Shown: positions 14,364 through 27,633 of the stretch, one piece after another
Layout: each line of letters opens with the position of its first letter
Numbering within the stretch: the first letter of the stretch is position 1
Assembly (NCBI GenBank): GCA_951406725.2
Contig: OX597822.1
Span: forward strand, 8,618,001-8,682,000
Length of the DNA stretch: 64,000 nucleotides
DNA from: Octopus vulgaris
Lineage: Eukaryota
Direction of reading: 5' to 3'
Translations under genes and position numbers: made by a program
Notes under the pieces: model-generated
Database searches by the model: none
Told to the model about the DNA's origin: nothing
What the model saw: the letters and a program-made list of their open reading frames with translations, nothing else

Positions 14364-17280
14364 CTTATGTATAAATGGCAATTTTGCCTGTCTGTCTTTC
14401 TCTCCGTCTGTCTGTTACAATCTTGCTCCCTGGACCAGGGAACCAATCATCACCACACTTTGTAAACGTGTTGAACTAATATCCAACTCACTTAGACTAA
14501 TTGGATTTCAATAAAAATCGATAATGGATCGACTACGAGGGTTAGGCTATTACATGATAAAATGAGAGGGGGGCAAAAGTGTTAGGTTCGGGGAAGTTGA
14601 CATAATGAGAGTGGTTGATATCAGGGAAGGGGAGGAGACAGGAGGAGATAGACTCACAGGTAATGCGAGAGACAAGGAGAGAGAACGAAAGACTGGGACA
14701 CTAACCATATATGTAACAGACAATTTGTGTGTGTCTCTGTGTGTGTGTGTCTGTGCGCGTGTATGTGTGTGTTCGAAAATCGACGTATGGTTATTCAAAA
14801 GATTCAGTAATCTTAGGACTATTATAGAAACTTTATTTTCATTTACGTATTTGCATTAACACACCTTAGCTTATAGTCTTTTCTATAAATCCACTATCAT
14901 AAACATTTTATACCACGAGCTCAACGACGATGACGTCACATTTTCTATATGAGTGTGTACCTTAAAAGACATCTATTTCTCTATAAGTTATAGTGAAATA
15001 CAGTCATTCACTCTCTCTCTCTCTCTCTCTCTCTCACACATGCACATGCACACGCACACATATATACAAAATATGATTATGCATGTGTATTTACGTATGT
15101 GTATATGAAAGATGTGTGTGTGACAGTACAAGTACATGAAAATACACACCTACCCTCACTAACTCTCCCCCTCCTTCTCTCTCTCTCACGCACACACAAA
15201 CACGTGCGCACACGCACGCACACATACAGACACACGTCCATTTCATATACACGTACAGACATCTTTTACTTTTTCCTCTCTTTCACTTTCAGCTCTCAGT
15301 TCAAAGCAAATGCCACGGTTTCACGTTGTCTTCTCTTTCAAATTCTGCACTCTTCAAAGCATATAGAAATAAAACATTTTTACGGAAATTAAGGAATACA
15401 TTCGAAAACTGAGTTGCTGATTTTTATGCATGGGGTATCAAATGATTCACTAATCTTTCGGCTTATAAATGAACTTTATATTCATTTACATATTTGCATT
15501 ACAAACATTTAACATGTTAATCTTTCTATAATTCAACTATCCTAAACGACATTTTATACGACGACGACGACATTATGTTTCCTATATGAGTGTGTACCTT
15601 AAGAAACAACCATATATCTATATCTTATGGGGAAATACAGTCACCCACTTTCCCTCTCACATGCAGACGCACACATACATACAAAAATGTATGCATAATT
15701 ATGTTCGTGTATATAAAAGATAATGTGTATGTGTGTGTGAAAGAGAAAGAGAGAGTGAGAACTACTTATACGTACATGCAAAAATATACATTCAACAACA
15801 CACAGTTTCACTCACTCTCTATCTCTCTCTCATATACACACACACACGTCCAATTCATATACACGTACAGAAATCGTTCACTTTCTTCTCGCTTTCACTT
15901 TCTGCTCTCACTTCGAAGCAAATATCTTATTTTTACTTTCTCCTCTCTTTCAATGCATGCCCTCCTCAAAGCACAGAGAAATTATAAATTTTTAGGGAAA
16001 TTAACAAACAATCATACGATCCCATATGATCGACCATATGATTTTGTTGACAATTTCCTGTTCCAAACGAAAGAATGCTATAAAATAACTTCCTTTGGCA
16101 CAGACACATGCACACGCACGCACGCACACACACACATACACACACACACACATGCACACCTACTCTCTAGCTAAATCTTTTGTATGAATTATATTATTTG
16201 TTGCTTTGTGCACGCGCAAAATTATAGCTCAAATCCAATTGAAATCACCTTTTCTATTCCGTAAATCGAGTTTGTGATGAGTGTATCTAAAAACATGACC
16301 TTTGATATAGATTTAAAGGAAGCTCTCCTAGAAATCCTGTCATTTACATGTTGATTCTAATATCCGACATGATACTTGCGCTCCCTCCCACCATAATTTT
16401 TTTCCTAAATTTCTTCCGATTCCTATGTTTTAAACAGAGGAGTTTAAGATTTCACCAAAAAAAACACGTTCTCAATATTTTAATTTTCTCCCTCCCCATT
16501 CCAATTCCTTCAATTTTCACTTTTTTCGAAATTTTCTCCTCTTTATCCACGGAGAAAAAAACAGAGTTTATCAATTTTTAAGAATTTTCTTCTTTCTTCT
16601 TAAAGAAATACTACAATCAGCTTCCCAAACATCCACCCATTACCTTACCATTTTCAAAAAGCTACGAACTCCCTATGTTTTACTTTTAGCTTTTTAGATA
16701 TAATAATATCGTTTACCTGTGGTTTGTAGCATGTCGTGTTTTCTGGTTGTGGCCTAATATTTTTTCGTCCGCTCGCTCACTACAATGCTACGCATGCGTG
16801 AAACATCAGACGAAACCGAAACGTTGCGTGCTTTTGGCTTTTTCAAAGCGGGTAGGTGATGGGTGGGTGAGGTTGGGGAATTAAACTTAAAAGAAAAATA
16901 ATATTTCCCAGATTCGTAATTTCTGTATTTTTCAACATGCATAAAAAAAATCCGTAAACATGTTTCAAATTATAAAAAATTGCTGTGGAGATGGGCGGAA
17001 ACCTAAATTTTGAAATTAGGACTTCTGTGAAAAATCGTATTAACCTCCCTTTGATACGATGAAACAATACATAGTGTGTTATCCTTCTTGAGAATAGAAA
17101 GCACTTTCATGCAAACCTATGCAAATTGTACCCCAACTTCACTTTTAAACAAATACTTCCATTATGCCACTAATCCAGTTCACTATATATCAGCTGCGCT
17201 GATTCTGCCCATGTGAAAGGAATAAATATAGAATAGAATATGGCCATAGGACATAATACCCGGGCAACGCCAGGATGCAT
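14363..17280 (+). mobile_element. Putative long non-autonomous Helitron-like element (5' and 3' ends may belong to one element)
   Basis: The 5' a|TCTTATGTATAAATGGC..(GTCT)n start resembles the start of the 52702 element. The 3' hairpin cccgggcaacgccagg at 17259-17274 resembles the other Helitron-like copies. The terminal CTAG is not preserved. Confidence 0.4.
14860..16020 (+). repeat. Diverged tandem duplication, unit ~640 bp
   Basis: Shared blocks in the same order, e.g. ctatatgagtgtgtaccttaa (~14945 and ~15582), gaaatacagtca, acacgtcca(t/a)ttcatatacacgtacaga, tcaaagca(t/c)a(t/g)agaaat. Confidence 0.8.
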
Positions 17281-17290
17281 ATTTACATGC

Positions 17291-17354
<64 letters not shown>

Positions 17355-17410
17355 CGGAGATGTACTCGCATAGCAAGTAATTTGATCTGAGATCGTGTGC
17401 TGAAATGAAG

Positions 17411-17613
17411 ACAATTGCAGCGTGGAAGGTGTTTATAAGCCATTTAAGAAACACACAAAATGCAGAGATGCAGCACGGATTTTTGTCAGCGAACAGGTCG
17501 CGGATTTTAGCGACGAAAATATTTTGACAAATTAAACTTAGTTGTTGAAGTGAACCGAACAGCTTTTGTGTGTTTCTTAAATGGCTTATAAACACCTTCT
17601 ACGCTGCAATTGT
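17411..17613. mobile_element. Small element with 50-bp terminal inverted repeats; an extra inverted copy lies at ~18050-18130
   Basis: acaattgcagcgtggaaggtgtttataagccatttaagaaacacacaaaa (17411-17460) is inverted at 17564-17613 with one mismatch. 18050-18130 is the reverse complement of ~17525-17605. Confidence 0.75.
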
Positions 17614-18000
17614 ATATAAATATATATATATATATTAGTCGTAAGACACTTGCTGTTTTTACCATTATTGCTTTTGTATTTCACGTTTTTGTATTTCATT
17701 ATTGTTTTTTGTCTTTTATATTCGTGTGGCACCGTCCGTTTTGCTGTCCCTGTGTTCGTATGCATTCGATCCTTCTTCCAGGAAATCTACGCTCCTAGCT
17801 TAGTTTTTCTAATGCTCGTTGCTTAGTTTTTCCTGGAGAGCTGGCCGGTTCTAGTAATCTCAAGATTAATCAGCCGAAATTACTACGTTGATCCGGTTCT
17901 TGACTGAAGACTAAGGGCTTCGAATGTCCTGTCTGTGTTTGTTGTATCGTCTTCTAAGTTTTTATGCGTTCTTGTCTCAGTTTGTATTTTTCTACATATC

Positions 18001-18051
<51 letters not shown>

Positions 18052-18127
18052 CGTGGATGGTGTTTATAAGCCATTTAAGAAACACACAAAAGCTGTTCGA
18101 TTCACTTCAACATCTAAGTTTAATTTG

Positions 18128-18194
<67 letters not shown>

Positions 18195-18387
18195 CAATCA
18201 TCCACTGAAAGCACATGAGTTGCACTAATCACAAATACGTAAAATATTTCCAATATTCATTTACCACAGAAAACGTACAAATCTCGTCATCTTAATTAAT
18301 GGGAATCACATCCTAGATATAGTGAGCACAAAATTCTGAAAATGGACTTTGAGATAACCTCCTCTTAGCTTATACATACACACACAC

Positions 18388-18452
<65 letters not shown>

Positions 18453-19446
18453 CACACATGCACACACAAAGATAGATAAAGAGAGAAATATTCAAGTTAT
18501 ATAAATCAAATAGATTTTGATAGACACATGAACATTTCTATTGATTGACCTCCCGTGAATCCAAGTGACATATATTAAATAAATATAGAGTTTCTATGAA
18601 AATATTATTGATTGGGTTATATTGATATGCTTTAAGGTAGCGGAGAAAAAGAAGGATGAACAAATTTGCTTACGATATTTTATTTGAATATTCTTTAGCA
18701 TCTTAAGAAGTTTTTAGTGTTGTACACGTATTTTTATAAGGACGCCTGCCTTGCAGAGAATTTTATAAATGTTATTGCGTGGTCTTCGCAGTGAGAGCTA
18801 TTTAATCTTTCACATAAGAAGGATAAGATGCTATACGAAATATAAAGAAAATATGAAGAAAGAAATAATGAAAACTGATCCGTAAAGTAATCTATTAAAG
18901 CTTAATCGATATATTCAAGTTACATTTTAAACGACAGAGAATGCATTACGATGATAACATTAATATCTGTCAAAATAAACAGTATTGGTTTTTCGTGATT
19001 TGTGCATTGTGTTACTCCCTGGATTACAAGTAATATCTATCAATGTTTTCACGTGAGATATGTCGAACATTTTAGGTGATTAGAATGAAGTACTAAACTA
19101 AAAACATAGAAGCATGACAGATAAAGTATGTATAAAAAAAAAGATACGAATAGATTATGTCCCAGATGAGATATATATTATATATGCGAACATGCCTCGT
19201 GCTCTCTTCTAGCTTTCTTCATTGCTTTGTTTTATTCTTCCGCTTCGCCTATACTGCAGAATTCGGTTGACACAGAGATACCTAAACGATATAAGAAGCT
19301 GTTTGCATGAAGCGTAGCTACAAAAATACGATAGCTACCCTAAAGTGCATATAATCGACACAAAACCGCCCACATACAAACACACAACCATGCATATATA
19401 TGTGTGTGTTTGTGTTTCTGTGTGCATATATATGAGCATGTCTATA

Positions 19447-19843
19447 TCTTTATATATGAAAGTCAAGTTGTGTGTCTGTCTCCTACGATTTAGATTCCTA
19501 ACTACTCCCACATTTTGCGGTGCAGTTTAACCAAAACCGGGTATCTTATAGTCGTGATTCATATCGAGCCCTTCTGCGTATTATCGCGTCTACGATGAGT
19601 CTACGATTTAAAAAAAAAAAATTACCATCATTTTTTCCATTTTAATGCATTTTTTTCGCTATTATATAAGGGAAGTAACTCTCTAAAAATGTCTACGATG
19701 AGTCAACGATTTAAAAAAAATATTATCATAATTTTTTTACCATATTTAATGCATTTTCTGCTATTTTTTTGCTATAACTCTCTAAAAATGCTTATATAGT
19801 TATTTCCCTTACAAACCCGAGCAACGCCGGGTGATACTGCTAG
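19447..19843 (+). mobile_element. Non-autonomous Helitron-like element, family A
   Basis: Starts a|TC. Has a subterminal hairpin cccgagcaacgccggg and ends CTAG|t, with no TSD. A near-identical copy lies at 43732-44128. Confidence 0.75.
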
Positions 19844-20434
19844 TTTATGTATATATGTAAACAGCCAACATGGAGCAGGTATGTAAACATGTCATTATTC
19901 TGTATCAATGCACTTCACTTCGACTGACAAATTCATTTTAAAGTACAGGCTTCCTATCTGCTAAGTATTTAGAAAATCTAACTAGTCTTGAGTCTTGTAT
20001 ACGATTTAATTTTCCTTTATTTCTATCTACCTGGTGTCTCTGTAGATTATTCTTAATATTATCCTAATTTATACACTCAAAGAGGATATCTCTCCGCCAA
20101 TGCAACGCACGCACACTGTTTCCATCCCTCATCCTCTTTCTTAACATCTTATCAATTATCCATCCTACGTGAATTTTACTTCCTTCTCTTAGACCCCGGT
20201 ACCTACTCCATTACGTGTCTACCACGTAATCGCTTCAGACAGACCACTAACGTGTGGTCGTCGCTTTATTTACCAGCTTTCACTTTTTTACTATTATGCC
20301 TGCGACAGGTAGGTACAGATTGATAAATTGTGTTGACACGACGTACTTCACGAGACTAACAAAACGCTCACTTTGATTACTACCGACCTCTACTCTTCAG
20401 CGAGTCCAGAGGTGTCAGTGACGCTCACCACTAC

Positions 20435-20488
20435 AGATAGATAGATACATAGATAGGTAGATAGCTAGATAGGTAGATAGCTAGATGA

Positions 20489-20549
<61 letters not shown>

Positions 20550-20680
20550 CAGATAGACAGACAGACAGATAGATACATACATAGGTAGGTAGATAGATAG
20601 ATAGATAGATAGAAAGATAGAGACAGACAGACAGACAGACAGATAGATAGATAGATAGATAGTTAGATAGACAGACAGGC

Positions 20681-20750
<70 letters not shown>
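20435..20750. repeat. Compound (TAGA)n/(CAGA)n microsatellite
   Basis: Directly visible; it generates the spurious ORFs at 20431-20793 and 20481-20756. Confidence 0.95.
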
Positions 20751-21069
20751 ACACATTTATTAGACATACATATACACAAACGCGTGCACGCAAATAATAT
20801 TTAAGCTTACCTATTTGCGTATATGTTTGGGGATGTTTAATAACATTCGTTTTGAAAATGCATGCTTAAAGGAAGTGCATGACATGTGTATCTCGAGGGA
20901 AGGTTTACGTAATCAAGAAAGCAGCTTTTAGATTTTCTTTAAATTGAGTATTACATATATTTCTGCATGTACTTTCTGTGGCTTCTAATGTTATGATTAT
21001 ATGCTCGTGAGAAGATCTCTCAATCTTAATAGTTTTGAGATATATTCTTACTATTAAATGTAATACGTA

Positions 21070-22460
21070 AAGTTGCGGCCAAAATGTTCAGAACGGCATT
21101 GTTTTCGTCAGAAAAGTAAGTATGAGTTTTTATCAAAGTGGTTTTATATTCTATAATTTTTACAGACACTAAATACAATATTAATTGTTATTGTCTGAGA
21201 TTTTGGTGTAATTTGAGATGATAATACAAAAGTTATGAATGATTTAGTGATTTACTGCAAAACCCATGGCGGCCAAAATAATCAGAACGGTTGACAAAAT
21301 AACAAAATAATCAAAAATGACAGAGAATACTAGAATTATTTAATATTTAGTGTGAAGCCCTTTAGCTTCAATCACACTCTGACATCTTTGACCGCATGAG
21401 GAAATTAAATTTTCAATTTCTTGCTGGGGGAACTTATTCCATTCTCCCTGAAGGGCATTCCATAATTGCTCAGTTGTTTTAGGATTTCTGGCTTTCGAAC
21501 GTTCTCCTAGAATATTCCATACATTTTCAATAGGATTGAGATCTGGGCTTTCAGCAGGCCAATTCATAACAATAACCTTTTCAGCCTTAAAGAAGTTCAT
21601 GACCACCTTAGCCTTGTGACATGGGGCATTGTCCTGCATGAGTATGGGTGGTCGCTTAGTTGAATTTCTTAGCACAGGCAAGACATGATCTTTTACAAGT
21701 TGTTTATAAACTCCTGCATTTACCTTTCCATGTAATCGCACCAAAGGGCCCACACCATCTCCAGATATCATCCCCAAACCATGACACTTCCTCCACCGAA
21801 TTTAACACTAGTCTTAAGGCATTTAGGCGACAATTTTTCACCTACTTTTCTACGAACGTACCTTTTCCCACCTGAGCCAAATAACATAAACTTAGATTCT
21901 TCACTGAAATGCACCGTTTGCCATTTTTCTAGAGACCACAACACATGTTTGGTTGCAAAGTTAAGACGACACTTTTTTATTCTTGGAGCTGATCAGTGGC
22001 TTAACTGTAGGTGCTCTTGCTTGTAGGTCATGTTTCAACTAAACGACGAGACACAGTTTTTCGAGATAAAGTTTTCTTCAATACAATGCTCATTTTCCGA
22101 GAAACAGCAGCAGCAGTTTTAAATCTGTCCTTTTTAACCAACTTTCCCATAGCACGATCTTCTCTCTTGGTTGTTTTTCTTGGCCTACCTGTAAACTTTC
22201 TAGCTTCACACGAACAACAATCATCGTAGACCTTAAGAATACCGTGTACAACACTTTTTGACTTGTTAACAATCTTTGCAATAGATCCAATACTTAAATT
22301 ATCCTTCCTTCGAAGCTTAATAATCTGCTGACGAATTGGTAACGGAGTAAGTGGCATTATATTAACAAAGTACACTGCAAATATTCTTACTAATGTTTAG
22401 TAAACGAACCGTCACGTAAACAAATTCAAAACATCAGGATCACGTGACCTAGTGATTTGA
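21070..22460 (-). mobile_element. Tc1-like DD34E transposon with frameshifted transposase
   Basis: ORF 22028-22375 (HTH, TGRPRKTT). A frameshifted linker reads KWQTVHFSEESKF..GGGSVMVWG, with the first D mutated to E. ORF 21340-21777 has QDNAPCH-(34 aa spacing)-WPAESPDLNPIENVW..KGLHTKY. The 3' terminal region carries two 22-bp direct repeats. Confidence 0.9.
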
Positions 22461-22674
22461 GCGTTCTGGGTGCTCAAATAGGTGTGCCGCCAAACTTCCA
22501 GTTTGAACAGCGGTTCAAGATGTGGTTGTGTCATTGCGTTGTTCAAAAAATGGCTAATGGTGACTTCCCTTTGAGTCAGAATTTATAGTTGAAAATAGTT
22601 ACTTAACGTTTGGCAAAAGTAGTACAAAGCAGTTTGTACAATTTACCTGTACACGTGTGTATGTGAGTGTGTGT

Positions 22675-22705
22675 AGCAGCAGCAGCAGCAGCAGCAGCAG
22701 TAGTT

Positions 22706-22762
<57 letters not shown>

Positions 22763-22920
22763 TTTGTTGTTGTTGTTGTTTTTGTTGTTGTTGTTGTTGT
22801 TGTTGTAGTAGTAGTAGTAGTCGTAGAAGGAGGAGGAGGAAGAGGAGGAGGAAGAAGAAGAGCAAGAAGAAGAAGAAGAAGAAGAAGAAGAAGAAGAAGA
22901 AGAAGAAGAAGAAGAAGAAA
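22675..22920. repeat. Compound trinucleotide microsatellite (AGC)(AGT)(TTG)(AGT)(AGG)(AAG)
   Basis: Directly visible; it explains the five overlapping homopolymer ORFs. Confidence 0.95.
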
Positions 22921-23019
22921 CAAACAAACAACGGATACGGAAGATAGACTATACTGGAAATTTTATTCATTACGACGATCGAAATTTCATGTTCAGTGCA
23001 GTGCATGGATTTATATAAA

Positions 23020-23960
23020 ACCATTAAAATGTGGCATATTTATTGCATCTTATACTACTTTCGGATAAATCTATTTGATATTCGATTTGAAAAAATATCG
23101 ATTATGATTTTCTTTTAAATGTGACAATAAAATTCAAAATGATTGGTGATATAAATTCATTCTACGATGTGTTTTTGCTTCTTAAACTGTGAGAGAAAAA
23201 AAATATTAATGAAAATAGCTTGTTCATACGTCCTCAGTAATTCATATTTCATAAGCAGTATCAAATCGGTAGTTGATCCGAACTATCGACTGACTATTGT
23301 TAGAAATGGCACAGAAAAGTTAAATACTTATTTAAACATGTGTTAATATGCCGTTCTTAATAGCTTCGTCATTCTGCTTCATATTGCTTTAAATACCTGT
23401 AAATAGTTATTTGCTTTACTTACTTTTTCTTTTCTTTTTTTTCTCTTGTTTCTTATTTCAGTATACAATTTCTATTAGACACTGTAATAGGCCATTTTAA
23501 ATTCAAATAGAAGTTCTTAAACGTGCAGCTCATAATGCTTTCTCATAAAAATATCATTATAACTTTTGAAATTACATTTTTAGGTTTGAAGAAAGATTGC
23601 ATAGTTCAGATGAAATATTACTATTTTCAGAAAGTACATTATATTCTAGCATTGTGCACAGAAATTAATATCGCTATCGAATTATTTTATAATTTTTACT
23701 CCATATTGCTTTTGGCTTAAATCTATGTAATGCATCGAAGTTCACGGAATGTTGAATGCACAATTTTATAGTTGGAATCATTAACTTCATTCGCGTGGGA
23801 AGAGGAGATAGACTTTTATGGGAATCTTTGCTGTTGTTTAAATCGGCGAATCATCTTGCAGTAGTCCTAATTGGAAGATCTTTTTTCATAGATGAATGTG
23901 AACTGAGAAATCTGGCATTTAGCAATTTTCTATACGCGTTAGCACCAACTGCAGGAAAAT
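23020..23960 (+). repeat. Diverged paralogous copy of 32535-33490
   Basis: Collinear shared blocks: tattcgat..tatcgatt, gattggt, gtgttttt..gtga.agaaaaa, agtatcaa, atttaaacat, tttctattaga.actgtaatagg, ttcttaaacgtgcagctc, atatcattataacttttg, gaaagattgcatagtt, gaaattaatatc...atcgaattatt. Confidence 0.8.
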
Positions 23961-24599
23961 AATTGACGCCACCCATAACTGCATTTCACATTCTGAACTT
24001 ACCCCCCACCACTTATGTTGCACACTTTGTCTACCGAGAAGGTGACATTTTCGCCTTATCTTTTCTCCCATTTTATTGGCTCCAATGTATACAATATGCG
24101 GGTAATAATTACTGATTCCTCTCATTTCTTCCCTATCCTTAAACACCCTCCTCTGAATTAAGAATTGCTTCTAGAAGCTCTGTAGTTCTATCATCCATGC
24201 ATATAAGCTAAACAGTAACTTCCTACATTTTATAATCACCCTAAAGTGCCCTACATCACACTCACTATTTCATATGTACGTTTGAGGTCACTAGTTACAA
24301 TTCAAAATATTTGACGAGTGGCAAATAGGTTTAAGAGACATTTTAAACGCCGACGAAACAATATTGACTAATGAGGGGAGCATCTTCAAATGTGTGAAAC
24401 CTATTTTATATTACGCCTGTCGTTTGTTTTATTATTAGCATTCCCTTTCTTTGTGTTTTGTACCCTAAGAACGAAATCATAAATCCAACACATGTTCTGA
24501 TCAACTACTCCAGTTATATGGAAGCATATCCACACTCGCATACCATACATAGATAAATGACGTACCATATTACCAGATACTACATACATGCGACAACAT

Positions 24600-24980
24600 T
24601 AAGGAACGCCTTCAAACGAGTATAAAAATGTTCTGGAATTACCTCACAAATTCCCAGCGTAACTCACTCCGACGTCTAGCTAATAAAGGTTCGAGTGTTA
24701 TTAAAATCGCGGATAAAGGAGACGCTTTCGTAATTCTGCACAAAACTGAGTATATTTTGGCTTGTAAAGAAGTTTTAAGTGACAAAACTTCATATGAAGA
24801 ATTACCTGTCAATCCAAACCCCAATTACAAAGATGAACTTTGGAAATGGAGGAAGACAATGTCATTAATAAGGCTGAATCTAGGATTTTAAGGTCAGAAA
24901 TAACACCTATAGTTTATGGTCTCCCTGAAATACACAAAAAATTCGACAGACTTCCTCCAATGCACCCAATTTGCAGCGGA
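24600..24980 (+). mobile_element. Penelope-like element fragment (start of RT)
   Basis: ORF 24628-24891 has VIKIADKGDAFVIL..Y..LSDKTSYEELPVNP, followed by ITPIVYGLPEIHKKFDRLPPMHPICSG (PLE 'YGLPKIHK..P.RPI.S' motif). Confidence 0.85.
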
Positions 24981-25560
24981 TAGTGAGAAGGATGCAACTG
25001 ATTTTGAGGAAGAATTTTGTTAAAACGCAGCTCAAAATTAGATAAACAAATGCGTAACTCCTCATCTACTATTTGTAATCGTTCCTGTTTTTCTTTACTT
25101 CATTTTCATAAGTGCACCCTTACCTAATTCGCAAAGATACAATGATCCAAATGACAACAAAGATTAAACGGTTGAAATAGCCAATTGAAATTATTGGTTC
25201 CAAAGCGAAATCCAAAATTCTCACGATTCTAGCACAGAAAATAGGGTTTTGTGCATAGGATCGTTTTTTAATCTATTAAATTTCCTTCTTTTGTTAATGT
25301 TAATAACAGATGTGTACTGTCGTGTCTTGCGAAAGGATTTATGACCCACTTGTACATTTGATAATCAAGGGATTGAAAATGCTTAGAAATATGATACACA
25401 CAGGTTTTCTGCACTTCTGACGTTGTAAATATATTTGGAAAAGCCTCTAGGCCTGCTACAATATTCACATGTTGGCTGTTTGCCAGTGTTTGTAAAAGCA
25501 CCTATATGCTTTTTATAAAATCTAGATGCTAATCAATATTTCAATTATAATTATAATTTT
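24981..25560 (-). mobile_element. hAT (Buster/Charlie-like) transposase C-terminal fragment
   Basis: ORF 25268-25501 (KWVINPF..EGNLID) continues as EFWISL..LLSFGSLYLCELG..RLQIVDEELRICLS..QLHPSH, matching the hAT dimerisation domain of Buster-type elements. Confidence 0.8.
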
Positions 25561-27014
25561 AAAGAATTGTTTTTTTTTCAATAAATCACATAATTTAGAA
25601 AATATTAGAAGCAGCTCTAGTAATACCATTCTGAAGTTTAAAGTAGTCCTTCATACACTAAGAAGGATTTGACATATCCATCCGTGTTTCTAGAAAATGG
25701 TTGTTTGCTATCCACGGTTCCTGAAAGGGAAAAACAGGCAAAATGTGTATTTACGGAAATATCGATATTCTGTTGCATGTATAAATTAATTTACTTATTT
25801 TAGTTATATATTTTCTGCCAATATTGATTTATTAGTTTAAGAATAATTTCATTTCAAAATGTCCTCTGTGGAATTAATGATGTAACAGTTGCTGCTTCTG
25901 TGTACCTGATGTGCTATTTAGGTATATACAAACAACAATCATTTCTTTTCACGCATATATAAATATATTTGAAATTACAGTTGCTTTCTATTCCTTTTGT
26001 TAACGACATGTGTTGGTTTCAATTAAAACAAGAAAAGTTTTAAAAGGCAGAGAAAATATTTACGAGATGTGCCATAAGAAAAGATGCGAATATACATAAC
26101 TACATCGATTGAATAGAATTTTCGGCTTCCTTTTTGGTGTGTACGTGAGAGACTGGACAAATGTGAGCTATTACTGGTGATATTTATTGTCAAACAGGAA
26201 ACAAAGAAACATAGGTGAAAAGCAACACATCGTGGATAAGGAATAAAATATGTCTTCTATCATACTGTCGATCTAATTTCTAAAGGAAAAAGGCGAAGAT
26301 GTATTTGCAAATGAATGAAACATTCCAATTATGTAAAAATATATTTGCAAGTAAAGTTTCCTCATCAGAATAGAATTCATATTACATTTAAATGCAGTTC
26401 TCTCCAAAATCAAAAGAGTGTTTTGAAAAATCTACTTAAAACACGTAAAGCCATATCAAATATTGTTATTTATTATAAATATTGAATATCTGGAAAAGGG
26501 ATAACAAATGAATTGGATGATACAGAACTAAACAAATCCATCGGAGAGACGAAACGCACTTAGTAATCAGATCTTCAGAATTTCTTTATCAACAAGTCAC
26601 ATTTTGTGATACCATTCAATGTATTTTCACGAACATATCCCGTTGAATTATGCATCAAGCAATGATGAATGTGATAATTCCGCTGGCGATAAATAAGAAC
26701 AGAAATATTCGATACTCTCAGAAATGCTCGCTTGTCCAAGCATAGGCGCAGGATAATTTAGCCCCAAATAATTTTTATAGTTACACTTTTTACATTAAAA
26801 ATTCTATTTGCGATATTAGGACAGTGAATATAATAAGAGGGATCTTTTTAAAAATATAGTAGTATATAGCATTTTAACTCGAACCGCTTTCAGATCTCAT
26901 ATCCCTAGACACTGATACTGCTGTTGTACATACATACACACACACAGACACGCATATATACATACATACATACATACATATGTACATACATACATACATA
27001 CATACATACATACA

Positions 27015-27044
<30 letters not shown>

Positions 27045-27049
<5 letters not shown>

Positions 27050-27633
27050 GGCAAATGAAAGACGGAAGATGGAATACACGAGAATTTGTTATTAATCACG
27101 ACAATTGTTTCGTCACATCTAGCATCAATTCCTCATGGATGGGACACTCAACAACTAATTCAGGAGCATCCGGTGGTAAAGATGTATCTCGCCGGGTGGT
27201 AGATAAATACAACTCACTAAAATGACTGTTCCACAATGCAACTTTCCGTTTTGTAATAAAAAAAAACATCCAGACGGAAGAAATAACTTCATTTATGTAG
27301 ATAAAAATAAAATCACAGACGGCTAAAAGAGAAACGAACACGCAATCTAGCGAGAAAGATGATTTTATTTTTGATCTTCTATTTAAATGAAGGTATTTCC
27401 TCCGTCTGGCTGCTTTTTCTTTCTACAAAACGGTAGGTTGCATTGCAGAGCAGTCACTTTAACGAGTTGTATCTATTTATCACCCGACGAGATACATCTG
27501 CATCCCCGGATGCTCCTGAACCAGTTGTTGAGTGTCCCACCCTTGAGCTTTCGATGCTAGATGTGTCGAAACAATTGTCGTGATTAATTCTAAATTCGAG
27601 TATATTCCATCTTCCTCTTTTATTTGCCATATA
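27045..27633. mobile_element. Foldback/MITE-like element with ~270-bp inverted arms and a 46-bp spacer
   Basis: Arm 27045-27314 is the diverged reverse complement of 27361-27633, with TA at both ends. The two arms give similar translations in ORFs 26980-27225(+) and 27454-27645(-). Confidence 0.85.
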
